Source of the DNA: Calcarisporiella thermophila CBS 279.70
Lineage: Eukaryota; Fungi; Calcarisporiellomycota
DNA length: 50,516 bases
Assembly: GCF_041956535.1 (NCBI RefSeq)
Contig: NW_027192206.1
Coordinates: 664,670 to 715,185, forward strand
Direction of reading: 5' to 3'
A program made the position numbers and the translations under genes. The notes under the pieces were generated by a model that was not told the DNA's origin, did no database searches, and saw only the letters and a list, made by a program, of their open reading frames with translations. Shown piece by piece: positions 1 to 12,244 of this stretch; positions within the stretch are counted from its first letter, which is position 1, and each line of letters opens with the position of its first letter.

Positions 1-112
1 AAGGCAGGTAACTATCCCCCCTGCTGGAGTAATCTTTAAACTCATGTAAGCTATGGAAACTAATAAAAGTCATCGTTGATTGATCAAAAAAAACTTTACA
101 ACTTTGTGTCGT

Positions 113-373
113 CCTTGGTTGGCGTAGTGGTTTAGGGCCCCGGAGCCGAATCACTAGATTACGGGTTCGATTCCCGTAGGTGATACCCGTCCGTGACAGT
201 TTGCCGGATTTTTCTCAGGACTCAACCGTTATCAATAGTATAGCAACAAGCAAGTAATATCAAGCGGCTACAAAATAGGGTAGCCAAAATCATTAGGAGA
301 AATCACAATAATGGGAGGCCAGGGGCAGTTCCTGAGTGATTTTGACGTAATAGTCTACTCTTCTATTCCATTC
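113..373 (+). mobile_element. tRNA-derived (Arg-like) SINE-like element or tRNA pseudogene
   Basis: Pol III A-box TGGCGTAGTGG (120-130), B-box GGTTCGATTCC (164-174) and an intact T-stem ACGGG/CCCGT. Acceptor and anticodon stems do not pair. A hairpin-rich body and a CTTCTATTCCATTC tail follow. The 3' boundary is approximate. Confidence 0.6.
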
Positions 374-1435
374 AGATAAAAATCATCGAGTGGGTGTAAT
401 ATATATATCCTACGGGAATTAAATCTTTCAAATACGTTGCATATATTAGATATATTGAGGATTTCTTAACTTTATTGTATATCAAAGATTTTTTTTTATT
501 ATGAGTCATGGACTTATTTTTCAAAACAATAAAAAGGGTGATAGCACTTATGTAATAAAGCAAGGATTCAAAGTTTAATTTTTATCTTAGCAAGTTCTTG
601 ATATCTCCTATTTTAAGTATTAGTCTGCATTCGGATTAGCAGGTAACTTAGGACAGTGACCATATAGCTGAGATAATCCCTCTCTACCATACAACTCCTA
701 TCTTCAACGCAACATTTTTTGGGATTTGAATGTAATATATATATGACTAGGATATACTAATTTGCTGGTTATAGACGTTGTTGAGATTGTAGCATCGCAA
801 AAAAATATTAGGGATATAGTTATTTTATGGGCTTTAATGCATCCAATTGAGCAAAGTGAATATTTTAAAAAAATATTGGTTATGGTTAAACTAGGGTTAT
901 ATATTATTGAAAATTCATTGGGACATGGGGGAAAGGCAAAACTTATTACAATATACTCTGCGTAGCATTCTCGTCATCATTATTTGCTATGATGGCTATG
1001 AGTTAGTGCGAAAAGAGGAATTATTGGCGGATACTAATCCCAATGAGTGTTCACTTAGATAATAAAAGGCGACTTGACCAGTTCACGCATTAATATTGCC
1101 CTAGTTCTCCGTCAAATCATTATTTGAAGAAACTGTCTATTTATAAGAAGGTGGCTATCTTTCTCTCTCTACTGGGCAACTATATCGTAATACAACATAG
1201 TATCATTAGATATTAGACTATTTTGTGAAACTTTTACTTGGCTATGCATCGATGTCAATAGATGTAAATCACCAAGAGGGATATTTATTAGATTGTAAGA
1301 TAGCTATGGAAATTGTAAAACCATACAGATCATATGGCGCATTCTATTCACCGGGGGTTATATCGCAAATTATAAATGTTGCAATATTTTATTTTTTCAA
1401 AATTCTTTAATTTCTCAAAAGCACTCCTCGTAATA

Positions 1436-1806
1436 ATGTTTCCAGGCCTAATTTTGCTTCCGTTATTGTATCTTTCTTTCTCGCTGGCATGTCACCCTGG
1501 ACCAGGTTATCCTCATACTCCTCCCACTACTCCTCAGATTCAATTTGGTGTTCCAACTGGTAAATAGTTAGAGTTATTTTTTTATTGTCCAACTTTTCAC
1601 TAGCTTAATAATTATTAGCCTGCCCAAACTGTCCTCAATCTATCTCTCCTGAGTGCGAGAACGCCGCTTGCATATTACTTCAACCGCTCTGCCCTCGAGA
1701 ATGCCCTCAGGGATGCTTATTGTATAATACAGCTCCCTGTTGCACTCATTTAGGAATACCCTATTGCGAAGGATCTCCTGTTCCTAGACCGACTATGAGA
1801 AGTTGA
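1436..1806 (+). CDS. Small secreted cysteine-rich protein (103 aa, 2 exons)
   Basis: Exon 1 1436-1559 has a signal-peptide-like MFPGLILLPLLYLSFSLA and a Pro/Thr linker. GT-AG intron 1560-1618. Exon 2 1619-1806 is in frame: ACPNCPQSISPECENAACILLQPLCPRECPQGCLLYNTAPCCTHLGIPYCEGSPVPRPTMRS*, with 10 Cys. Exon 2 is absent from the ORF track. Confidence 0.8.
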
Positions 1807-1974
1807 TATTAAGGGAAGAGAAAACTGAAGCTCATGACTTTTGACTAAATAAAATTATCTCTTTCAAATAATATTGCAATGGTGAGAGCAAAGTAAATCT
1901 TAGAGGAGCATAAATTTTGGTTTAGAAATAGAATTAATTTAGAGTTAAATTCATATTCTATATACACAGGATTT

Positions 1975-3399
1975 TCAGTAGAGGGGACAATTGAGGTCAG
2001 CTGTCCATCCTTCGCTTCCTACACATTTTCTACAAACAAACAATCCGGTGGGATCGATCTGGTCTTTGATAGCTTTAAGTCACGGATAATTATTTCCAAA
2101 GAAAGCCTGCTGCCAGTTGGGCTCGTTAGGATCCGACTCATTCGGATAGCTTCCTGAATCTGGCGTAATGTCTCGCAAAGTCTGCACTAGGTTTGTTAAC
2201 AAGTCTTCGGCTCCCGTCCGCTCACTGAGTGTGGCATTTTCTAACCAGCCAGTGAAGACCGATATGTGTAAAAGGGATTTGCGCCAAGCGGGATTCACTG
2301 CATTATAGGATTCTGGGTAACAAGCAACAGCACCGCCCCCAAGAAGTGCCCCCGTGTAGAGAAACTCAGAAAGCAATCGAACTCGGATATCTACCATCAC
2401 TTTTGCGAGCTGCTCGGAGGATGCATTGCTCTCCAGAGTTGATCGAGGGATCAAACGAGAGCCCATAATACCATTATAACCCATAGGTCTATCGCACCTA
2501 CCAGAAACAGAAGGATTTTCACGGCATAGTGTATGAACGACCCAAGCATGGAACTATGGAAAGATGAACATCTCCCCATTGAGCATCACCTTTGTTCTGG
2601 CATGCATTGGCAATGCGTAACTTTCCATCTGCAGTCACAACCACAAATTGAAGCACATTGTCCGCACTCATGCCATGTTTCGGCGACAAATGACTATGTC
2701 CCCCGCCTTGCACATATCCCCTGCCGCACCCACTGACAAAGCTTGTCCTCCAACAACCTCTAATCCACACTTCGCTGCCTCTTTGTACACAGTTTCCCAA
2801 AGCACTCCAGCCTCTACCGTCACAGCGGAAGTTCCTTCAATGCAACCGTCAGCAGTGAATTCATCTTAGAAAATTAGGTTAGTAAGATGATGAGTCCAGA
2901 TGCTTAGTCATTCAGCTGCTGTACTTCTGCCAAGGAAGTCATGGCCAATATTTTTGATGACAAGGCGCAAATTATGCGAGGACGCAAACTCTACCGTCCG
3001 CTGCACATCAAAAGTATTACTGACATTGACCACATACAAGGGAATAGCACCTTGTATGCAAGGAGTATTCCTGCCTACATTGATGGGGCATCCTTCGTCT
3101 CCATCCATCTTCCAATTAGTAAACTGCATTCCTCCTGCGAATTCGGCTCGCCAAAACGGGTTGTGCAACCGTTGCCTGGTTATATTGCATACGACCTCGT
3201 AGAAGTAAGGGTTATGGCACGGGGACCCCAATGGAAGAGGCGCTAAGAGTCTTCCCCCAACTGAGACATTGAAACGCTCCCATATATGAGCATCTGGCCA
3301 GCAACTATCTTTGGGCATGCACCTACATCTACGAGTCTCGGCCGTGTTCAAAGTCAGCAGTGCCAGGAATATAGCGACGCTCAAGGTGAATTGCGCCAT
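1975..3399 (-). pseudogene. Secreted FAD-linked (BBE-like) oxidoreductase pseudogene
   Basis: Paralog of 19935-21665 (CRCMP..CWP, GHDFLGRS, VQGGGHS, YPNESD...FFGNNYP). In-frame TGA at 2908-2910 and 2080-2082, a TAA near 2866, frameshifts and a central deletion. Confidence 0.9.
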
Positions 3400-4202
3400 T
3401 ATTTTAATATACTTATAACGATAGAGAATATAGGAATATTTAAAGAATAATTATTGAAGCAGGACCACGTAGTAAAATACTTTGTCATGATGTTATTTTG
3501 CGCCTGACATTTAATATCAATATATACTCAGAAATAGTCATGAAAGGAAATTCTATGTTCCATGTGCCTACTTGTTTTACAGTTTATCTCTTTTATTTGA
3601 TTTGCTTCATATTGAATAAGAAATATATTTCCGCAATTACCTGATCATCATCGTAGTTATTACAAAATCACACAATGTACTATAATGACTTGTAAAACTT
3701 TCATATGATCAAATTGTTTTGATTTAATATATATTTGAAGTTCATACCAACCTAAATTGACTACTTAGTCGCTTGACCTTGCTAAATGAATAACGGATTA
3801 ATAGATCTGTAAGTAAAAATGTGTGACAAATAATCAATTGAATCCCGAGATCTTTGTGATCGATTTGATGGGATTGTACTAAGTTCAAATAGAGAATTTT
3901 GTTAAAATGACAGAAGATTCATAAGGGGTACTTGAACTGGGAAATACCAAACATTAAAAATCGTATAGCTAAAATAAAAAATATCTAATGATTTCCTAGG
4001 TTGAAATTCCGTTTAGGACGCCCTGTATACTCATGGTGTATTCACTGGAAGAAATGATATAGATATATTTAATTATATGGAATATCTCATTACTATCTTT
4101 TTAACCCATGGACCCAAGTATAAAATGTATCCTTTATGTATTCTTAGCTAAATATTTATTTCCTAAAATACTTCAGGATTATATCGACTAGTTGTCAAAG
4201 AG

Positions 4203-5072
4203 CTACTCTTGAGTTGCGCTGACTCCCGCATTCCTCTTGATCCAGTCAAGGTGGTACCCCAAACGAGTGAAGTATCCAATGGTAGATGCTCCTCCACAGT
4301 CATCTTTACTAATGAAGCTCGACACACCCAAAATATAGTTAGTGCCGCCAATCACCTTGTATGCGGGGCCTCCACTATCTCCATAGCAAATGCCTTTGCC
4401 CCTTACTGGCTGGTAACAAATATGGGGACCAGCAAGACCTCCCCAGTCCGGATAGTTTCTACCGCATACGCCGTCGCCGCCTACCTTGAGGTCAACTTTG
4501 AGTAGTTTATCTGAAGTATTTTGTGACTCAGTGACACCCCACCCTGCGGCGGTGATAATATCCCCTTCTTTAGGTGCATCTGGAGATATCTTAATAGGCA
4601 TAGCGTTCTGTACCGAACTTGCAAGGAACAATAAACCAACATCATACTGAGCAGTATAGTGTTTATGTAATTAATATTGTTTTCAGTTTTCGTGTCTATA
4701 TATCTATATTAATGTTTGCACTGGTGATTTCTAATTTACCTTCAAATCTTGATTTCTCCTGTAGTTCTCATGCTGTAATCCTCTTGTCACTCGCACTACT
4801 TGTCCACCGGAAGATGCGCTCAAACTGTTTGCGCGGATGGTTACCCCGCTGCTTTCCACACAGTGGGCGGCCGTGAGGACCACGTCAGGTTTAATAAGAG
4901 AACCAGTACAAGCATAGCTTCTTCCACGGATATACACAGTTGAAGGCAATTCTCCAGGCTTAACAGGAACTCCTCCCCAGATTTGAATATTTACAAAATC
5001 ATCACCCTTTCCTACGGGTTGTGCGGAAGCAGCACCAAGCAAAAGCAGGAAGGAAAGTCCTAGTAAACGCAT
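4203..5072 (-). CDS. Secreted S1 serine protease (258 aa, 2 exons)
   Basis: Signal peptide, mature N-terminus IWGG, TAAHC, YDVGL (after intron 4647-4739) and GDSGGP, so the catalytic triad is complete. Confidence 0.92.
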
Positions 5073-7267
5073 AATGTCAAAAATGATAAGGAAAGGTTTT
5101 CTTTGATTTTAAGGTGAAACATTGTAGAATCGGGAGCTATATATAGTCGTCAGAAGCACAGAATTTCTGGTAAAATATTGAGTTTTCAAACTGACCGTCA
5201 ACTCAATGCTAAATTATGTAAATGTCAAATGACAACTCATTCAAATAAGTACGCAGTTATGTAAGATGAACAAAATTAGTTGGCATCGCACCAGTCATTA
5301 ATTATTAAAGACTCTTCAGTTACTTTACACCCAAGGTAACAGTGTGTACAGTATCATATATAAACTGAAATAAACTAGTGGTAAACCAGATTTTATACCG
5401 ATCAGCTTTTTCTCCTATTAGCGAATACTGGTAGGTACAAGTATCGAGAATATGATGATTTAGAGGTGAAGGGCAATGTTTCATAGGGTAGCCAAGTGTC
5501 TATCTAATCTTTTTTTTTTGCATATGGAATGATCTGAAATGATCTTAGCTAAAAGCTATGTATAAGCAAAATAATGCGCTTTGACTCTTGATCCAACAAG
5601 TCATTAACTATTGCTTAACTAATACCTAAAATTCCCGGTATCAACTTAGAAATACAGAAATGGAAAACTCTGATTCAATGCCTGTTAAACCCCCCAGAGA
5701 AAATTAGTTATATTTAGGTTCTTTAAACTACATTACCAATATGATTTCGTTATTTCTCAGTATTCCAATATATATATCAACTATTAGAGTTTATAAATTG
5801 TATATTACTTTGCCTCTCTCATCTATTCACGGTGTAAACATAAAGTTGGCACGCATAAAGTTCAAACGGTGAAATGACCGGAGCCATTCTAAAAAGGCAA
5901 ACCGTAAAACCATCAGAGCTCTTCCAATGGACTTCAATTTTTCAAATTAAAAACTTTAAGTCACAGTTATATTTAATGCTCTCGAAACCTAATTGTGTAG
6001 CCCTGTCAACCTCGGATATATTTTACGTAATTTCCTGGCTTGTTTGGAACTGTCATTATCATAGGGCATGATGTGGATTGCGCTAGTATTTGAGCCAGCA
6101 AATTAGGTCTGTGGATATCCAGTGTATCTAGATAGGATAGCTCGTATAAATGCTACCTAAACCTATTAATCCACGGATACGTCGCCGTTTATCTTCTCGA
6201 CAAAGAAAAAGGTTTATGCCAGAAGCAAGCTCAAAGGGACAACTTAATTATTTTACTATTAGAGTGACATTGAAGCTGCAATTGAGCTATATTTCTCCAG
6301 CACTCGACCTCTCGTAGCATTCGAACGAGTGCATTAGTCTTAATTGAATAGTTGAATTTATACATCCACCATGACATAAAATCTTTGATATTCAGAAATA
6401 GAGTTAACTTGTCAGGTGAAGTGCACAGCATTGGTTCGAGATCTCAGTCGGCTAAGTAGTGATGTTTGAGATGTAGAAAGAAAATTATTATCACCTTGAT
6501 CGCATTTCTAGAATGCTCTGTCATTTACAACTAGCATATATGTATTCCATAGTTAGCTATTTAAGAAATAAATACTTGTATAGCATAAATAGAGGAAGAG
6601 GCATTTTGCACTCTCGCATATTGTTAACGCCGTTCCTTATTTTTCACTATATTCTACAGATTCACTAATGCTCCCCAAAATAAAACTATTAAGGGTTTAT
6701 TAACTTCCTTTCCAAGATATGAATTCAACTGGTCTAGTGGTGATACTGTAGATATGGTAAATTATTAATAATCAATCCTTAATCGAAAGATTTCAATACA
6801 AAAATAACAGTGACAGTTATCAAGCTCTATGAAAATGATTTCGACTTCATTATTCTCACAAGAAAACATATATCCCTACAAAATAGGTATGGGTATATAA
6901 AGGAGTATTCTATGAAAGAATAATATGTAAACTGTACATTGATTTGCATAGATGATATTTCTTTCCCTTATCGTTACTAATTTTTCTTCTTTTTTTTCAA
7001 AGCTTTTAAAATGTTATTTGAGTGATCGATTAAAGGGCAACGATTGATGGCGCAGAATCTTCATACAAATGGGACAGTTATTAATACGCCAAGCCTTATC
7101 AGAACTGATTAGTCACGGCTAAAAGGTATTCGTAACTTTTATCTGACGTACTTGGGCTATCAAGGTATGCTTTATAATGTCCAAGGAACTCCACCTCTTT
7201 ATTAGAATTGGTTTTCATTTTCACCGCTACGACTGAAATACAGACTGAGATTCCTGAGAAAGGCTTT

Positions 7268-9384
7268 ATGGCTAACACTGAGGGTAATGATATCGGCGAA
7301 TCAAGCGAACCTCCTATGCCAAGACTCCCTCCAACCATTCCTCCCATTTCTCGTTGGAACTTTGTGAGGAATTGGTGGCAGCGAAGTGAAACAACGTCTG
7401 AAATCGCGGAGGCTCGTCTTTTATCACGTTTGAAATTCTTTCGCATTGACAATCAAAACATTCATAAATCCGATCGTTCAAGGACTATTGCCAAAGTTGG
7501 CCTGGTTCCCCTGCGTGATGGTATTCGAAAAATCAACACTCTGGTCATAGAAAAAATCGCGAGCAGCCCCTCCCATTTGCCAGAGGAGGATAATCCAAAC
7601 ACCACAGTTGATAAAGCAAACCAAGAAATGGGATATACACAGGAGCCCCAAACAGACTTAACTTTACGCATACGCACAACTTCTGAAGATGACCCACCCT
7701 CTGACAAGAAAGTACTTGTAATAGCTCATGGTTATGGTGCAGGTCTGGGGTTTTTTTATAGGTAAGTTTGAGTTGATATACGAATTCTTGGATCTTATGA
7801 AATGTCATTTTGACTGTAAATATTCGGTTTTAGGAATTATAACGCTCTTAGTCAAGTTCCAGGGTGGAAATTATATGCTATTGATTGGCTTGGCATGGGT
7901 CGAAGCTCAAGGTATGTTAAATATTCCATTATAGAATAAGCTTCATATTATAAAAATAAGTGCTAATCAGTTTGTACTCTACTGTAGGCCCAAATGGCGA
8001 ATATCGAAGAAACAAAATGAGTCATGGGACAGAGCTATCGACGAGGTAAGTACCATGTCAAAAAATCAAAACTGCTCTGTGCTCATTAGCAGTTGTTGTT
8101 TTATTCGCATTGATAGACGGAGGAATTTTTTGTGGATTCGTTGGAGGAATGGCGTGAGATTCACAAAATTGAAAAGATGACTTTACTTGGTCATTCGCTC
8201 GGTGGATATCTATCAGCGTGCTACGCCATTAAATATCCTGATAGAGTGGAAAAGCTCATCCTTGTTTCACCAGGTAAGCAGCACTAAATAATGTAGTAAT
8301 GTCCTCTTAAGAACTGGAATTAATGTATGTTATCATTGGTTACAGCTGGTATCCCAGAAAACCCCACAGAACCTTCCGAGAGCTTGGACAATAGGACTAA
8401 GCCAAATGTGATTGATACCTCATCATCCGCCTCAAACCCCCACGAAGATGTGAAAGTAGATGATCTAGACCCCGAAATTCAAATGGCAGGTGCGCAGGTA
8501 CCAGAGAGTCAGCCTCCGCCTACTCCAAGACGAAGATTGCCTACCTGGGTCAGGCACGTTTGGGAAGCTAATATAACGCCCATGTCAATTATGCGTAAAA
8601 TCGGTCCATTCGGTAGAGTGACTTTTTGCCTATTTGTTCCACCTCACCTAGTGAAAATTTACTTGGATTATCTTTTTTTGTCATGCTACCCAAATAGGTC
8701 CGTATCTTGTCAATGCATACACTACACGACGATTCCATTATCTTGACGATCAAGATAAACATGATCTCTATGACTACATCTATCATATCTCATCCTCACC
8801 CGGTTCAGGTGAATATGCAATGGGTATAATATTTGCGCCGGGAGCTTATGCGAGAAGACCGGTAGGCTATAATTTCACTAATGCATACCATAATCTATTT
8901 GCAATGGCCAGAAATAACGATTCGCTTTTTGATTCACTGCTTATAGTTGATTAGAAAGCTTCATCATTTAAAGACCCCAACTGTATTTTTATATGGGTAA
9001 ATAGTTTTCATGTATTTAAATTTTTATCTATTCGACTGACTTATTTTAAATTACATTTGATAAATAGCGATAGAGGTATGTGAGAATCATTAAACTTGTC
9101 GCTTTTTCCAATATCTATGATGTTGGCTATGTTTAATTCTTTGCTGTCTTTAGACTGGATGGATTATCGAGGTGGTGAAGCGGCGCAAAAAGTTCTACAA
9201 GGACCTTCGAAGCTTAAGATTATTCCACAAGCGGGGTATGTTGAAATTTATTCAACTTCAAATTGCTATTTCAATTTTGTTGGTGAACTTAAGAGATAAT
9301 CTGATCCTCTGGTATAGGCATCATATTTATCTAGACAACCCGCCTGCATTCGACAAGGCGATAATCGAGGAGATGACGTACTAG
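7268..9384 (+). CDS. Alpha/beta hydrolase of the ABHD4/ABHD5-Cld1/Ict1 family (multi-exon)
   Basis: [23 protein letters not shown], nucleophile motif GHSLGGY and C-terminal HHIYLD (HX4D) are spread over GT-AG-bounded exons. The start codon is uncertain. Confidence 0.88.
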
Positions 9385-10319
9385 ATCATATCTGGAAATT
9401 TTAAAGAGCTATCGTGCAATCCGATTAATCAACACCCATTTAAAATCTCAGCCAGTTTATTTTAAATGCAATGCAAATTGTTCTTTGAGACTATGTTTTT
9501 AACAAGACTAACATTATAGTCTAAAAAAAGTTCATTCCTAACAAAAATACTATTTAATTCACACGTTCGTTCATTACATGATTATACACTTAAATAGAGA
9601 TTCTATTCAGAAATAGATGCTTGAACGCCTTTTACTCAGCATCATGGAGGTTATGGTGTGCTGAACCATTGAACTTGCAAAACATACATGTTTGCAGTAT
9701 TGTCACACCAATCTTAAAAGTTTCGTGTTGAACTTGACACGACATCCGTAATGGTTGCTGAGATATAATCTTTCGGTCCGTCATTTTGGCCAAAGATAAA
9801 ACCACAAAATTAACGCATTAGTGTATAGATGTTTCTGTAGATAGATGCGCACAGCTATCGCATAATAGTAACCAATTCGATTAACTTTACCCCCACAGCT
9901 AATATGGCTAGGGCTTCTTTCAGCTGAGCTCCAAGAGTTTTATTACCAGACTTTGATCGACAAAGGAGTGTTATGAAGAAGAGCGTAAGTGCATTTGCTT
10001 CTAGTAGATCGCAGATCACAGAAAGATAAGTAGAGATATCCTTCCTTGTGGAGGAATGGAACCGGAGTTTCCCTTTTTAAGCTCGAAGACAAAGCTTAAG
10101 GTTTTAGAGGTGTTCCTGGGTCAAGTGGATTTCACTCTCTTGGACCTATTTTGTGATTTCTACGAGTCATTGGGGCCGAGTAAGATTAAAGCATGTAATT
10201 TGCCACCAAAAACGTATTGGGAAAGAGCCCTACACTCCCAAAGAAAGTAATAAATATCCTCACTATGCCCACGATTCCACACCAGAATTGCTCATTCAAA
10301 GTCTTTATCTGCTCCTGAG

Positions 10320-12244
10320 ATGCCCCTTGTAAAACCCGCCGCTCATGGTCAACATCGTTCGTTGTTAGTAGCAAACTCTCGATTTAAACGATCAGATGAT
10401 AATCAACTTCGCATTTGGATGTTATTTAAAGACATTCACAGCCAACTCTCCACAATCGACGAAATCAGCTCGGAATTAACTGCCTATCTTCCCGATATTA
10501 ATGATAGCGAAGAAAGAAAATCCTATATTGAAAGAACATGCGCCGAGTTGGAATCAAATCTAACCGGCAAAGGTTTGCGGCTCCGAGTACATCTGAATAG
10601 CTTCCAGGAATTAAAGGACTTACTGGGGGATTATTTCCACGTGAGCGCGCCATCTTTAAGCTCCTCCTTCTACGATTCAATTACATCCTCCGGACCATCC
10701 GCATCACCAACCTCAAACATTGCCATTAAGGGTCATATGCTATTTGAACGATATTCGCACCTTACTCCCCGAACTTCTAGTAGAGTCGAAACAGCCGATA
10801 ATGCTCTCGCGAAGCGAAATATTCTACAGTACCTTTTTGAGGTGTACTGTTCGAAGTGTTTTTTTTACCACAAGCCCGTAAACGTTCCAGAGATGCTGGA
10901 CAATTTTAACAATAGAAATTTACCACTTGGCTTCGTTCACTCTTGCATTGCCTGGGCATCGCTCCACGTCTGTGTTGCTGCATCCCTTCTTTTTTTTTTT
11001 CTTTTTCTTAGCTTATCAGTTCTTTATGCGACAGGTCTATCAATTTCATCTTAATGTTCCCTATCGCAATCAACTGGCTTCTATTAGAGAGCATTGCTAC
11101 CAAGAAGCACTCACCTGGTTAGGTGATCAGCATGATGAACCCGAGTCTCCACTCTCAGTCCTCGCTGCTCTGAACTTGAGCGTATACTGCATGCTGGATA
11201 TGAGAATATCGGAATCTCGGACGCTGTTGGCTCATGCCGTCTTGATGGAGCAATATTTGGAGCTAGGAGGAAAATGGAATGCTCACGATGCAATGCAGAT
11301 GGAAACTAAAAAGCGGCTAAAGTGAATATTATACATTGATTCTGTGTAATCTCTCCGCCCTAGCGATAATGGTATATCACATAGGCTCTCGCTCATGTGC
11401 TGGGATTTTGCGACAACGCTCTACTGCGGGTCGATTCCCTTGATGCCTGTCCCCTCCGATTTGAGTGAGTACCGGCCCGCTTTTTTCCCGCACGAAGATG
11501 CAGAGACTCGGCGATCACTGGTAGGCCAATTCAAGGTTGCCAATTTTGCATATTTCCTGATTCGCTAATGGAGCGCTTCTCATTTTCGCCTAGGAGCTGC
11601 TCATGACCGGCGCTGCTGGTTACACTAGGCTGTTCAAGCTACCAAACATAGATTGGAGGGCCTCCGATGCTGAGATTCTCTCCATCCTCTTTCTGCTGTC
11701 CCAGGGCTTTATGAGAGCATTCCCTCGGCTGTTGGAGGCCGGCCTGGACTTTGGCTATAGCGAAGAAAAAGATGTGTGGAGGCAAAGCGGAGGAAAGGGG
11801 ATCAGTGCCTTCACCTCGGCAGACCTCAGCTATTACACGCATGTGTGCAGTGTGATGTGCCAAGTATGGCTCAACTTCCTCGAGCCAAAGGTTTTGCCTC
11901 CGCCCAACCGCTTCAACACGCCCATTATGCGAGAACTTCAGGTGACAGCGTTGGACGCGTGCGTTCCTGTCGCACGATGGATATCGAATATATTCCTGGA
12001 AATTGCGTCTCGAAAGCTGTGGTGCGGACAATCACCGTGCCACGCCAATTTTGTTGCCTGCCGTGCGCACCGCCTCATAGCATTGCACCATTGGCGAAGA
12101 GAGGCGCGCCAAAATAGTCTCCTTTTCTTAATCAAGATGCGGCACGTTTTCAAATGCGAGCCTGTGCGATTTATGACAGTGGCGGCTTCAGTATCACATT
12201 GGCTGGGCGAGGTCCTCGTTAGGGATTTTGGGTGCAATTTCTAG
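10320..12244 (+). CDS. Fungal transcription-factor middle-homology-region (MHR) protein without a visible Zn2Cys6 domain (~573 aa, 4 exons)
   Basis: Introns 10968-11034, 11322-11384 and 11521-11593 join one open frame. MHR-like segments include YLFEVYCSK..FYHKP, SVLAALNLSVY and METKKRLK..CWDF. Confidence 0.65.

Noticed and set aside
113-185. Functional tRNA gene
   Set aside because: Acceptor, D and anticodon stems do not pair; only the promoter boxes and T-arm remain.
280-360. Hammerhead ribozyme in the SINE-like body
   Set aside because: CTGAGTGA does not fit CUGANGA and there is no correctly placed GAAA/stem arrangement.
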